Origin: a virus
Taxonomy: Duplodnaviria; Heunggongvirae; Uroviricota; Caudoviricetes
IMG/VR virus record: IMGVR_UViG_3300032116_000006
Length of the DNA stretch: 64,000 nt
Direction: 5' to 3' (one strand)
Shown here: piece after piece, positions 35,673 to 46,425 of the stretch
Numbering within the stretch: position 1 is the first letter of the stretch
How the letters are laid out: each line of letters starts with the position of its first letter
Position numbers and translations under genes: made by a program
The notes under the pieces: model-generated
Told to the model about the DNA's origin: nothing
The model's input: only the letters and a program-made list of their open reading frames with translations
Database searches by the model: none

Positions 35673-38600
35673 ATAAGTTATTTTATGCACTAAGAATGGG
35701 GTTATCAAGACTTAGCCAACTGTTATCAAATATAACCGGAAGAACTTTATATGTAAACCCTGATTCAATAGATGCAACAGATTCTATTGAAAATCGTGGC
35801 AATTCTCCAACAAGACCTTTTAATGGTCTAAACCGTGCAATCGCAGAAGCTGTAAGATTCTCATATCAAACTGGACCAAATAATGATAGATTTGCTAGAT
35901 GCACCATTATTCTTTCCCCTGGTTATCATAGAGTAACTAATCGCCCTGGATGGATTCCAGATGGTTCAAATAATTTCATATTAAGAAACGGAACAACTTC
36001 AAGTAATTTCTCTCAATGGGATATTAATACTAATTTTGATTTTAATTCAAGCAATAATGCACTCTATAAATTAAATTCAATACATGGTGGAATTTTTCTA
36101 CCTCGTGGTGTTAGCATTATTGGTCAAGATTATAGAAAAACTATAATTGTTCCAGATTATATTCCAAATCCTGAAAATGATTTAATTGAAAGATGTGGAG
36201 TTTTTCTTCTTACTGGTCAGAACTTTATTAATGAAATAACCATTGAAGACCCTTCAGAGAGTGTTTATATTGATTACACAAATAATAGATATTCTCCAAA
36301 ATTTTCACAACATAAATTAACAAACTTTGAAATGGCAGATGGTGTAAATCCAGTTGCCATAAATGATGGAATTATTGAATATTCATCTACTAGAACCGAT
36401 CTTCAAATGTATTATGAGAAGATCGGTCTAGTTTTTGGTGCATCTTCAGGTAGAGAAATAAAACCAGATTATCCCTCATCTTCAGTTGATATTCAACCAA
36501 GAATTGATGAATATAGAATTGTTGGTTCAAGAGGAAAGGAAGTCTTATTAAGTGCAATACAAGCTGGAAATGGTATTACCGCCACAACCACAATTACTGC
36601 AACTCTCTCAGAGCCTATTAATGATTTAGATGTAAATACTCCAATTAGAGTTCAAGGTGTTCCAGTTTCTGGATATGACGGCCAATTTATAATTAAACAA
36701 ATCATTAGTCCAACTCAAGTAGTTTATGAAGTTTCAGTTGCTCCAATAGTTGCAAATCCATCTTTAGCTTCATCAACTGCAACTTTAAATATTTCTGTTG
36801 ATACTATCACATCTTCTTCGCCTTATCTTTTTAATCTAGCAAGTAAAACTGTTTGGGGGAGAAATGGCCTTGATGTTGATGGCTCTAAAATTTCTGGCTT
36901 TAAGTCAGTTGTAGTAGCTCAATTTACTGGAATTGGCCTACAAAAAGATCCCAAAGCATTTGTAAAATATAATACAGCTTCTGGAATTTTTGAAGATTTT
37001 TCTGCTTCAGGTAACGAAAATATTCAAACATCTAGTAGAGCATATTATAAACCCTCTTATGAAAACTTTCATATTAAGGCGAGTAATGATGGTTATGTTC
37101 AAGTAGTTTCAGTATTTGCTATCGGTTATGCCCATCAATTTTTATCAGAAAGTGGTGCAGATCAATCCATCAATGCTTCAAACTCTAATTTTGGTTCAAA
37201 AGCCTTAGTTTCTCGTGGATTTAGAAGTTCAGCATTTGTTCGTGATGATGTTGGTTATATTACACACATTATTCCACCGAAAGAAATTAAAACTACTGAA
37301 AATGCAATCACATACGATTCAATTGATGTTGGCATTACAACCTCAGTTGGACTAGCATCTCGCTTGTATTTTTATAATAAAAAATCTCTCGCTTCTCCCC
37401 CAGATTCTGTCATTGAAGGATTTAGAATTGGTGCAAACCCTTATGATTCATTAAGAGTTGTTATTAATTCTAGAGAATATTTTTCAACAATTGTGATGCC
37501 AAACTCGGCTAAAACGGGTGAAAAATCATATTCTGTTGGTAGAAGTAATGCTGGAATCAATAGTATCACTTCAGATACATTTACATTAACTGAAACTCAT
37601 ACATTTGTATCTGGGGAATCTGTAAGAGTTATTAGTGAAACTGGGCAACTTCCAAATAGTCTAAATTCTGGATTGTATTATGTCATTACTACTGGTAATC
37701 CAAATGAAATTAAACTTGCTCAAACCTTCACAGATGCCTTAACAGGAACAGAACTGTCTGTGAGCCCCTCTGGGGGGCCTCTGAGCATCGTTAGTCGGGT
37801 CTCAGACAAAGTGGCCGGAGAAATTGGACATCCTATTCAATTTGATCCTAATAATGGTTGGTATATCACTGTAGCAGTTTCTTTTGATAATCTTTTAAAT
37901 AGCATCTATTATAGTTTGAATACAGTTTCAAGAATAGCGACTCAAAGAACATATTTTTATCGTAGAAATGACAATCGTAGTTTGGGTGATACAATATATA
38001 AGCTTCGTTATGTTATTCCATCATCTGTTGATGCGGCTAGACCTCCTCTTGACGGCTATATTATTCAAGAGACTAATAGTACAATTGGCAAATCAAATAC
38101 TGAAGTTGAGTCACAATTTAATCCATCAACAACTACATTAAATTCAACATTCCAACTAAGAAACCAAAAGTTGATTGCCAATGCAAGTTGGTCAGCAAAT
38201 ACTGCAACTTTTGAATGTGAAGTTTCTCATAAACTCTCCATTGGTTCTGAAGTTGAAATAAAAAATGTAAAGAGCACTAATAATACAACTAGCCTAGATA
38301 ACTTAGGTTATAATGGAACATTCATTGTTACTGAGATTGTTAATGGAAAAATATTCAAAGTCATCCTTGAAACTAATCCTGGAACATTTACAAACAACAC
38401 ATCACAAAGAACCGTAGATTCACCTTATTTTATAAGAAAAAAATATAATAATATCTTCTACATTTATAAAGTTGAAGAGACTAAAAAACATATTCCCGGT
38501 GTTCAAGATGGAGTTTATTATCTTACTATACTGAATTCGTCAAATTATCCTGCAGTAGAACCCTTTAGGAATAAAGGATATTCTCAACCAATTCAAAATC

Positions 38601-41600
38601 TTTATCCTCAGAAGAATAGGGACAATCCAATTTCTGATCCAAAGGAAACGGCTTGTTATACTCTTCCTGATCCTCTTGGGCAGGTTGTTGTAAATAATCC
38701 ACAATACTCACTCACAAAAGAAACTTTACAAAGAGTTTTTCTTGAGAATGCTATTGGTATTGGTGTCACAAATATCATTTCAAATAGTGCTGGAACCGCT
38801 CACACAATTTATACCACATTAGATCATGGACTTGATCCAATTACTTCAGTTTCAATTACGTCTCCTGGAAATGGTTATGGAATTGGATCTGGGAGTAATG
38901 AAACTTACTATAATGCTAAATTAGTTAATATTTCTTCATCCGGTGAAAATGCAACAGCGAGTATTATTGTAAATTCAAGTGGATCTATCTCTAGTATTCG
39001 TATTATGGATGGTGGCAGCAATTATAATGTTGGAGATAGATTAAGTGTGGTTGGAATTGCAACGACAACTGGATATACAGTTGGAATTGTAAGTGTTGCA
39101 TCAATTTATAGTCATGTTGGAGAAACAATAAAGGTCAATAAAACTTTAGACCGATACAATACCAGTTATAGAATTACTGGAATTACAAGTAGTAGAGCGA
39201 TTCAAGTAAGTTCTGCCTCTTCAATAATCTCTCCATCTATATCTGGAATTGGAAGTGTTTCAATTGGACAATGTTATGCTGAATTGACCGGAAAAGCCAT
39301 TGCAATCTCATCAGTCGTCCATTCATCTGGAATTGCAACTATAACAACAATTGATTCACATGATTTATACGTTGACAATAAAATTCTTTTTGGTGGATTT
39401 ACTGAAAGTCCATTTAATAGAGAGTTTTTAGTGAATGGTGTTGTTGGTCTCAATACATTTACAGTAGCTACAGGTAGTACAAATATTTCTGTATCTTTCA
39501 CTCAAACTCCATATGCCTATAGACAAGGTGCAGCTTCTAATGGTGGCTCTTATACTAATGACAATGAAGGTTTAAGAACTAGAATGATTCCTTTATATTC
39601 TGGAATCACTACAACTTTATCTGGAAACATTAATTCCACTATAACTACAATTAATGTTTCAAATGCAGTTAATTGTGGTCTAAAAATTGGAGACTATTTA
39701 CAAATTGATGAAGAATTTGTAAGAATTTCAACAACAGTTGTTTCCAATACCCTTACTGTTTTTCGTGGGGTTTTGGGTTCAAGAAGTTCTTCACATTCTT
39801 CTGGAGCTATTGTTTATAAGATTGGCATTGTTCCCATTGAACTTAGACGCAACTCTTTACTTCGGGCAAGTGCACATACATTTGAATATAATGGCTTTGG
39901 ATCTGGAAATTATTCATCAGCTCTACCAGATAGACAAGATAGAACCTTATCCCAACAGGAAGAATTATTAGCACAATCAACCAAAGAAAATGGCGGCATC
40001 GTTGTTTTTTCTGGGATGAATGCAAATGGTAGTTTTTATGTTGGAAATAAAAAAGTTAATTCTGCAACTGGAACCGAAGAAATTTTTGAGACTCCAATAC
40101 CTACTATTACTGGCGAAGATGTCAGTACATTAAGTGGTTACAATAATGTAAATACATTTGAAGCGACTATTAATCGCTCTCTGTTTGTTGAAGGTGGGGC
40201 TAACAAAAATCTTATTTCACAATTTGATGGACCCGTTGTTTTTAATAATAAAATAGTTTCAAATTCTGAAAGAGGATTTGAAGCATCTTCAATGCTATTA
40301 TATGGTCAAGGATTAACACCAAGAAATTATACAATTGGTTCATCTGAACCGAAATTATCTGGAAATCCTGGTGATGTTCAATATAATTCAGAGCCAATAA
40401 GTGGTGGATTTTTAGGTTGGGTCTATACCACAAATAATCGTTGGGAAAAATTTGGAAAAATCGGAAGCAGTGGATTATCTGTTGATAATAGTGTCGGAGT
40501 TTCTAGTAATGGCTCTTTTGTTGGACTTTCAACTCTTATTGACTTTAAGACAAGTGGAATTGTTCTGACTTCTTCATATGATTCAGTAAGCGGGATTACA
40601 ACATTAAATTTTTCTGGTGCTTCACCTTTAGGTAATAGTATTGGTATTTCAACTGGTTCTAATAATTTTGTTGGAATGGCAACTCAAATTAATTTTGTCG
40701 GTAGTCCAAATATTGATATAATTGGAACTGGTGGAACGGGAATTAATACAATAAGAGTCGGAATTTCATCTACTTCTTCAATATTAGCTTCAGGTTTCAT
40801 TAAAAGAGGTGCAACCGGAACCAATTTCTTAAAAGCTGATGGGTCAGATGCAACCATTACTTACAATGAGGTTACCAATGCCTTAGGTTATGTTCCTGCA
40901 AATTCAGGTTCAGTCTCTGGTGGTTCTGAAACTGGTAATTCAATTATTTTAGATCAATTATCATCTTTTAATGGAATTACTTCTACATTTGATTTAAAAC
41001 TTAATGGGAATCTTTTTGTTCCCCCTGGTGGACCTGCTAATTTAATTGTATCTCTTGGCGGAATTATTCAAAGGCCAGGAACTGATTATTTTATTCCTCA
41101 AAATGCTGGAATTAATACAAGCAAGATACAATTTACTGATGTACCTTTATCTGGTCTTTCACACTTTATTGTTAGTCTTGGTGGTCAAGGATCCCTATTA
41201 AGTAATGGATCTTGGAACTCTAAAGGAGATTTAGTTGTTGGTCTTACTGATAATAATGCAGGTATTTTAAGTGTTGGTGCTAATGGTCAGGTTCTTACCG
41301 TTGATAGTAATTCTCCAGTTGGAGTAGCTTGGACTGATGGCCCAAAAATAATTTTAGCTGGATCTCAAAATACAAGCAGTGGAAATTCAATTAGTTATAC
41401 AGACATTCCAAGCTGGGCTAAAAAAATTACAATATCATTTGAAGGGGTTGGTATTAATGGTTCTGGAGATATTCTAATTCAATTAGGAACTAATAGTATA
41501 ATAACTTCTGGATATGAATCAACAAGTTCAAAAGTTAGTACGGCTGTTGCAACAATAAATTCAACCAATGGATTCATTGTTGAGAGTGATGGTTTCACTG

Positions 41601-41803
41601 CCCTAATAGGTGGCCATTTTACTTTAACTACAAATGGAGGAAATAAGTGGATTAGTAGTCATACTATGAGAGGTGGCCTTTCTGCTTCTTATTTCGGAGC
41701 TGGAAATGTTACATTATCTTCATTATTACAACAAATTCATATTAGTATTACAAACTCAAATAGTTTTACTTCTGGTTCTATTAATGTCATTTACGAGGGC
41801 TAA
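35669..41803 (+). CDS. giant fibre/structural protein, 2044 aa (likely tail fibre or decoration fibre with many beta-rich repeats)
   Basis: Single uninterrupted ORF. Ser/Thr/Gly/Asn/Ile-rich with recurring GxxGYxxG.G..S-type segments typical of phage fibre proteins. The track start is GTG at 35669. The first in-frame ATG is 35696 (MGLSRLSQ). Confidence 0.7.
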   Translation: MHKLFYALRMGLSRLSQLLSNITGRTLYVNPDSIDATDSIENRGNSPTRPFNGLNRAIAEAVRFSYQTGPNNDRFARCTIILSPGYHRVTNRPGWIPDGSNNFILRNGTTSSNFSQWDINTNFDFNSSNNALYKLNSIHGGIFLPRGVSIIGQDYRKTIIVPDYIPNPENDLIERCGVFLLTGQNFINEITIEDPSESVYIDYTNNRYSPKFSQHKLTNFEMADGVNPVAINDGIIEYSSTRTDLQMYYEKIGLVFGASSGREIKPDYPSSSVDIQPRIDEYRIVGSRGKEVLLSAIQAGNGITATTTITATLSEPINDLDVNTPIRVQGVPVSGYDGQFIIKQIISPTQVVYEVSVAPIVANPSLASSTATLNISVDTITSSSPYLFNLASKTVWGRNGLDVDGSKISGFKSVVVAQFTGIGLQKDPKAFVKYNTASGIFEDFSASGNENIQTSSRAYYKPSYENFHIKASNDGYVQVVSVFAIGYAHQFLSESGADQSINASNSNFGSKALVSRGFRSSAFVRDDVGYITHIIPPKEIKTTENAITYDSIDVGITTSVGLASRLYFYNKKSLASPPDSVIEGFRIGANPYDSLRVVINSREYFSTIVMPNSAKTGEKSYSVGRSNAGINSITSDTFTLTETHTFVSGESVRVISETGQLPNSLNSGLYYVITTGNPNEIKLAQTFTDALTGTELSVSPSGGPLSIVSRVSDKVAGEIGHPIQFDPNNGWYITVAVSFDNLLNSIYYSLNTVSRIATQRTYFYRRNDNRSLGDTIYKLRYVIPSSVDAARPPLDGYIIQETNSTIGKSNTEVESQFNPSTTTLNSTFQLRNQKLIANASWSANTATFECEVSHKLSIGSEVEIKNVKSTNNTTSLDNLGYNGTFIVTEIVNGKIFKVILETNPGTFTNNTSQRTVDSPYFIRKKYNNIFYIYKVEETKKHIPGVQDGVYYLTILNSSNYPAVEPFRNKGYSQPIQNLYPQKNRDNPISDPKETACYTLPDPLGQVVVNNPQYSLTKETLQRVFLENAIGIGVTNIISNSAGTAHTIYTTLDHGLDPITSVSITSPGNGYGIGSGSNETYYNAKLVNISSSGENATASIIVNSSGSISSIRIMDGGSNYNVGDRLSVVGIATTTGYTVGIVSVASIYSHVGETIKVNKTLDRYNTSYRITGITSSRAIQVSSASSIISPSISGIGSVSIGQCYAELTGKAIAISSVVHSSGIATITTIDSHDLYVDNKILFGGFTESPFNREFLVNGVVGLNTFTVATGSTNISVSFTQTPYAYRQGAASNGGSYTNDNEGLRTRMIPLYSGITTTLSGNINSTITTINVSNAVNCGLKIGDYLQIDEEFVRISTTVVSNTLTVFRGVLGSRSSSHSSGAIVYKIGIVPIELRRNSLLRASAHTFEYNGFGSGNYSSALPDRQDRTLSQQEELLAQSTKENGGIVVFSGMNANGSFYVGNKKVNSATGTEEIFETPIPTITGEDVSTLSGYNNVNTFEATINRSLFVEGGANKNLISQFDGPVVFNNKIVSNSERGFEASSMLLYGQGLTPRNYTIGSSEPKLSGNPGDVQYNSEPISGGFLGWVYTTNNRWEKFGKIGSSGLSVDNSVGVSSNGSFVGLSTLIDFKTSGIVLTSSYDSVSGITTLNFSGASPLGNSIGISTGSNNFVGMATQINFVGSPNIDIIGTGGTGINTIRVGISSTSSILASGFIKRGATGTNFLKADGSDATITYNEVTNALGYVPANSGSVSGGSETGNSIILDQLSSFNGITSTFDLKLNGNLFVPPGGPANLIVSLGGIIQRPGTDYFIPQNAGINTSKIQFTDVPLSGLSHFIVSLGGQGSLLSNGSWNSKGDLVVGLTDNNAGILSVGANGQVLTVDSNSPVGVAWTDGPKIILAGSQNTSSGNSISYTDIPSWAKKITISFEGVGINGSGDILIQLGTNSIITSGYESTSSKVSTAVATINSTNGFIVESDGFTALIGGHFTLTTNGGNKWISSHTMRGGLSASYFGAGNVTLSSLLQQIHISITNSNSFTSGSINVIYEG

Positions 41804-41806
41804 TTA

Positions 41807-41979
41807 ATGTCAAAAACTCAAGCAGAGATTTACAAAGATTCAACAATTAATGAAAATGATTTAGCAACAGATTCAGTAACAACTCCAAAAATTAAAGATG
41901 AGAATGTTACTAGAAGTAAGCTGAGTAATGATGTAAAACCTTCACCATTTACAACTAGAGGATTTAATTTACCAATTTA
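41807..41979 (+). CDS. small hypothetical protein (~57 aa)
   Basis: Read manually (MSKTQAEIYKDSTINENDLATD...). Immediately downstream of the giant gene. Confidence 0.3.
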
Positions 41980-42318
41980 ACCATCTTCAGGAATAATTAA
42001 AATGTTGTAGGAAGCAGTTCCTCCAGATAAAGCTAAAGTAATTGATCTAGTGTGTGGAATATAAACCTCTGTTGGAATTGCAGTAGAAATTCTATCTAGC
42101 CCAACTGTCATAAATTCCTCCCTTCTAATGGACTTGCCAAAGGCTCTAGCTGCTGGAGAATTAATAATTGCATTAGCAGCATTCATTGAAATTCCTAATC
42201 CTTGAGCTGGAGTATAGACATCACTTGCCCCAAAGTAATTAATTACAACTCTTACATTACCCCCAGTATTATTAGTCCAAGAGACATTGCCAGTACCAGA
42301 AAGAATTGTTGCTGCCAT
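41977..42318 (-). CDS. hypothetical protein, 113 aa
   Basis: The only minus-strand ORF in this region. Gly/Ala/Asn-rich. Diverges from the 516-bp intergenic region. Confidence 0.45.
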   Translation of the reverse strand: MAATILSGTGNVSWTNNTGGNVRVVINYFGASDVYTPAQGLGISMNAANAIINSPAARAFGKSIRREEFMTVGLDRISTAIPTEVYIPHTRSITLALSGGTASYNILIIPEDG

Positions 42319-42724
42319 GAGAATACAAAATTATTGAACTATTTATTAGAATGGTGGTGATCTTGAATTATTATCCAAATTTACTAAATGGTCTTGATTG
42401 GACAGTTTTACTATTGGACTGAACTGCACCACAAGGCCTCTGAATGGTTCTATAATGTCCTTGATAAATGAAAACAAAATGTCAATTAGTGAAAGAATAA
42501 TTTTCATCATGTGTTTTATGTGGTTCATGAATTGGGCTACAAGAGTAATGGAATTATTGATTCGTTACGTTTTTTATTAACTTAACTTTGTTATCTACAC
42601 TAGCACCTCTTTCAAAATTTGTCAAGTCCCTTCAGTAATGTCAAGAAACCCTGACGTAGTATAAGTACTTATTGACAGACCTTCAATAATCATGTACGCT
42701 CAGCTTTGTCAAAGATGATGCACG

Positions 42725-42825
42725 ATAACTTAAGTGACTTAAAGAACTTAAATACTCTTAAAGATTCTTAAGTTACTTAAATACTCTTAAGTTATTTAAA
42801 GATTCTTAAAGATACTTAAGTAACA
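42725..42825. repeat. CTTAAG/CTTAAA-rich iterated repeat cluster in the 516-bp divergent intergenic region
   Basis: Units such as ACTTAAATACTCTTAA and AAGATTCTTAA each occur twice. Many CTTAAG palindromes fall within ~100 bp. Confidence 0.6.
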
Positions 42826-42834
42826 ATTAATAAA

Positions 42835-43575
42835 ATGATTCATTATCTCTTACAATCAGGAAACATTCTATCCACTGAAAAATCTGCATGTCTTAGAACA
42901 GAACATAAAATTACATGGACTGCTCATTCAAATCTTTTTAATACTATCAATCATCTTCTATTAACAGATAAACTTTCAGATATTATTCCTGTAGGATCTG
43001 TAGAATTTTGTAGAACTTATACTGAAATTGTAGGACTTGAGTTACCTGATGATTTTTCATATGGTTCAGTAGATATTTCTTTAATAGAACCATATTTAAA
43101 AAGAAAAATCAATAAAACAACTTTTGCGTTAGCAAAAGAATGTAGTTTCATTAAGCCGGTCTACACTAAACTTTTTACTGGAGACATTAAGAATCGCATT
43201 AATGATTCATCGCTTTCAGAATTTGAAGTATGGGAATCTGAACCTGTAGAATTTACAGCAGAATTTAGATTCTATATCTATAGGGATAAAGTTATTGGTT
43301 ATTCTCGTTATGATGATTTAGACTGTGATTGTAAAGAACTAGACCACCATTTAATTGAAAAAATTATTAAAGTGCAAAACTCTTTCCCAATTGCTTATTC
43401 AATTGATATTGGTTGGCGAAATGATATTAATGAGTGGAGTCTTATTGAATTAAATGATGCATGGGCCTTGGGTTTTTATAATAATAGTGATACCTCTTCA
43501 AAACCCCCAAAAAGCAGTGATTATGCTCTAATGATTGCAGAAAGGTGGAGAGAAATTGTAAATGGACAGATTTGA
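42835..43575 (+). CDS. hypothetical protein, 246 aa
   Basis: ORF. Confidence 0.55.
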   Translation: MIHYLLQSGNILSTEKSACLRTEHKITWTAHSNLFNTINHLLLTDKLSDIIPVGSVEFCRTYTEIVGLELPDDFSYGSVDISLIEPYLKRKINKTTFALAKECSFIKPVYTKLFTGDIKNRINDSSLSEFEVWESEPVEFTAEFRFYIYRDKVIGYSRYDDLDCDCKELDHHLIEKIIKVQNSFPIAYSIDIGWRNDINEWSLIELNDAWALGFYNNSDTSSKPPKSSDYALMIAERWREIVNGQI

Positions 43576-43653
43576 AAGTGTCTATAAAATTTTCAACAGC
43601 TTGAAAAGTGATGTATGATTTTGTTGTCAGATACTAGACTTAATAAAAAGATT

Positions 43654-44019
43654 AAAATCAAAATGAAAGCCTATAAAATTGAAATTCTCGTCATTGATAA
43701 TGAGAATATTGGAGAAGAATCTATTAAAGAATACATTAAAAATGCCAAGTACATTTATCCATCAATTTTATCAATAAAATCTAAAGAAATTGGTGATTGG
43801 TCAGATGATCATCCACTTAATAAGAAAGAAACATTTTCCAAAACTGCTAAAGACTTATTTAACCATATAAGTCATGAAAAATTAAAAGAATGGATTGAAG
43901 ATCAAGAATACTATTTGGGTTCTCCAGAAGACATTGGAGATGGTCAACATTTTGAATATTATATTCAACCACATACTTTAGAGCAATTAATTGAGTTAGC
44001 ACTTGAGGAGTTATCATGA
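43654..44019 (+). CDS. hypothetical protein (~121 aa)
   Basis: The track ORF starts at 43615. The ATG at 43654 (MKAYKIEILV) is a likelier start. Confidence 0.45.
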   Translation, partial: KIKMKAYKIEILVIDNENIGEESIKEYIKNAKYIYPSILSIKSKEIGDWSDDHPLNKKETFSKTAKDLFNHISHEKLKEWIEDQEYYLGSPEDIGDGQHFEYYIQPHTLEQLIELALEELS

Positions 44020-44408
44020 CAGATCAAAATGTTATAGATTTAGTTAAATTACTTCAAAAAGCTTATTCTTCAGTTCCATGGGTGCGAGAAGAAGAACTCA
44101 ATAAAATTCTTGAAGAAGCAGTTAGTTTAGCTAATAAAATTGAAGATGATGAAAATAATTCTAGACATTTTTTATTAAACGATCTTAAAGAAGATCTAAT
44201 GCGTCTTGAAAAAGGTATATTAGCTAAAAAGAACCAAATTAGAGAAAAAAGACTAGAATGTAAAAACTCTAAACAAGAATGGTTAAAACCATTGATAAGA
44301 GGAACAATAGAAACAATGGAAAAAACCTTGAAAAGTATGGAAGAAAGAAGAGAAATTATTAAAGAGCAATTGGACACTTTAAAATCTGACCTTGACCATA
44401 CAGATTGA
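44016..44408 (+). CDS. hypothetical coiled-coil protein, 130 aa
   Basis: ORF with ATGA overlap. Confidence 0.5.
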   Translation: MTDQNVIDLVKLLQKAYSSVPWVREEELNKILEEAVSLANKIEDDENNSRHFLLNDLKEDLMRLEKGILAKKNQIREKRLECKNSKQEWLKPLIRGTIETMEKTLKSMEERREIIKEQLDTLKSDLDHTD

Positions 44409-44422
44409 GGTAATTTGAGTTT

Positions 44423-44671
44423 ATGATATTCTTAGATCAAACACCACCGATCAAAATGAAAATCAAACAGATCACGGGCCGGCATCGTCGGGACTTCACT
44501 GCAATTTATGAGTGTGAACATTGTGGTGTAACCTACAAAGGAAGCGGATATGACGACGCCAATTTCCACGATAACGTGATACCTGCGATGAAGTGTTCAT
44601 CTTGTGGCAAGACTGCAAGTGATGATTATCAACCACTTCAGCCACGGTATCCTGAATCTTTTGTCATTTGA
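44423..44671 (+). CDS. zinc-ribbon protein, 82 aa
   Basis: CEHCG ... CSSCGK (CxxC-x~25-CxxC). Confidence 0.5.
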   Translation: MIFLDQTPPIKMKIKQITGRHRRDFTAIYECEHCGVTYKGSGYDDANFHDNVIPAMKCSSCGKTASDDYQPLQPRYPESFVI

Positions 44672-45105
44672 TTCTGATGGACGCCTTTATCCCTAGCCCG
44701 CACAATCTATCGGCCACATTTAAATCATCATTTACAGTCCACCAGAGAAGTAATAATATCGGCGGCTTACCATACTATCCACCAAATGAAACAATGCAGG
44801 AACGACTGGCGCGATGCATTGAGCATGAGTTGTATTATGGTGGCAATCATGTGGCTGCAGCCGCTGCAATCGTTAGGGACATTAGTGAAGGTTACATCCA
44901 ATTCTCCGATGTTCTAGAAGGTGTAAAGGTTGAGCGCGACCTAGCCATTCGTATGTTGGCTAAATGGTGCACATCCGTTGAATTAAAAGGCTCTGACTGG
45001 GATGCCTGGGACGAGCACTATAAAAATGCTGCTCACCGGCCGGGTCCTTTGCGTGAACTTCTAGACGCAGCCATTATGGAGATCAAGGTGGAGAAAGAGG
45101 CATGA
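44668..45105 (+). CDS. hypothetical protein, 145 aa
   Basis: ORF. Noticeably higher GC than its surroundings. Confidence 0.5.
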   Translation: MILMDAFIPSPHNLSATFKSSFTVHQRSNNIGGLPYYPPNETMQERLARCIEHELYYGGNHVAAAAAIVRDISEGYIQFSDVLEGVKVERDLAIRMLAKWCTSVELKGSDWDAWDEHYKNAAHRPGPLRELLDAAIMEIKVEKEA

Positions 45106-45368
45106 ACCACTATAACGAGTCTAACAATACTTCTTATCCTTCTGATACTTTGGATGACACTAAAGAAGAGCATATGGAATTCCGTGCAACTGGTAGAATT
45201 CTTAATATCCTTAATGAACTTCGCGACAACTACAATCTGAGCAGGTCTGAAATTATTCGCAGGGCCATTGCTCTTTTCTTCATTGCGAAGAGAGAACAAA
45301 AAAGGGGTAACAGATTGGTAGTCTTGAATAGTGATGATGAACTTATCTCTGAGATCACCTCTATTTAA
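45102..45368 (+). CDS. ribbon-helix-helix (CopG/Arc-like) putative transcriptional regulator, 88 aa
   Basis: MEFRATGRILNILNELRDNYNLSRSEIIRRAIALFF fits a beta-strand + two-helix RHH pattern. Confidence 0.45.
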   Translation: MNHYNESNNTSYPSDTLDDTKEEHMEFRATGRILNILNELRDNYNLSRSEIIRRAIALFFIAKREQKRGNRLVVLNSDDELISEITSI

Positions 45369-45411
45369 ATCTCACAATTATGAAACCTGTCAATCGCTTT
45401 CAAACTAAACA

Positions 45412-45687
45412 ATGACAATAAGAAACTTAAGTAATTATTATCTATCAAAAGATTATGAAGCCTTATATGAATTGGCGCAGAAACAATCTGTGGTCTGTAT
45501 AGTAGATTATTTTAGCTGTAGGGATGTTTGTCAAACTTTATATAATTCTTATTCAAATGTTATTGAAGTATGCTCCAGAGGTCATGGTTACATTTTTGCT
45601 GAAAATATGGAAGACTTTATAGCTATCTGTGAACCTTTGAATCTTGAATGGATTGTCCCGACGCTTTGTGAGCTGTCACATTCTTGA
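45412..45687 (+). CDS. hypothetical protein, 91 aa
   Basis: ORF. Confidence 0.45.
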   Translation: MTIRNLSNYYLSKDYEALYELAQKQSVVCIVDYFSCRDVCQTLYNSYSNVIEVCSRGHGYIFAENMEDFIAICEPLNLEWIVPTLCELSHS

Positions 45688-45737
45688 TTACAAATGCTCA
45701 AAGTTATTGATAACATTACATCAGCTAACTACACCCT

Positions 45738-45947
45738 ATGAATCATCCCACTTCTAAATGGGTAACATTTACCCGAACAATTTGTCCTAAAACTGGAATT
45801 CATTATCTTGATGCTCTTGATGAACATGGTCGTCATTGGGCGGCTCAAATGCACTATGGGCCAGAAAGGTGGCTAACTTTTATTCCAAATGAAAACTGGG
45901 CGCCCAGAACCATGTCACAGCCCCTTGAAACATTCACTCAACCATGA
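45738..45947 (+). CDS. hypothetical protein, 69 aa
   Basis: ORF. Confidence 0.4.
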   Translation: MNHPTSKWVTFTRTICPKTGIHYLDALDEHGRHWAAQMHYGPERWLTFIPNENWAPRTMSQPLETFTQP

Positions 45948-46423
45948 AACTCTCAGACATTAAAAATGGTGACTTTCTTTATTATACAGAAAGACCTTTT
46001 AGTAATTATGCAGATTCTTTAGTTGAAATTTTGGAAATTAATGGTGAATTGGTCGGACATACTGTATGCACTAATTGGGAAGGTCAATATATTAATGTTC
46101 CCTATGAAGAGTCGGAAGATCTTCCACTAGCTCCATATTATGATGAGAACTGTTGGTATCCAACAACTTATTCTTTAAAAGATGGAGATGCCTCAATATG
46201 GATGAATAAAACTTATCCACCAGATAAGCCATCTATTATACCAGTGAAAGAAATATATGCTCTTTATAAATCCTCTATGTTTTATCCTTATGCTAGTAAA
46301 ATTGTTGGATTATTTACTGATAAAAATTTACTTGAATTAGCAATGAATTCCATAAATGTTTCTAATAGTAGTGTTTTCAAATTTTATTACGAAACATATG
46401 AACCCAACAAAATTGGAGACTGA
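45944..46423 (+). CDS. hypothetical protein, 159 aa
   Basis: ORF with ATGA overlap. Confidence 0.5.
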   Translation: MKLSDIKNGDFLYYTERPFSNYADSLVEILEINGELVGHTVCTNWEGQYINVPYEESEDLPLAPYYDENCWYPTTYSLKDGDASIWMNKTYPPDKPSIIPVKEIYALYKSSMFYPYASKIVGLFTDKNLLELAMNSINVSNSSVFKFYYETYEPNKIGD

Positions 46424-46425
46424 TC

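Noticed and set aside
39274-40433. Small ORFs on both strands inside the 2044-aa gene (39274-39501, 39738-39971, 39843-40025, 40242-40433)
   Set aside because: They are embedded in an uninterrupted 6.1-kb ORF and are Leu/Ile-rich low-complexity products of the AT-rich sequence.
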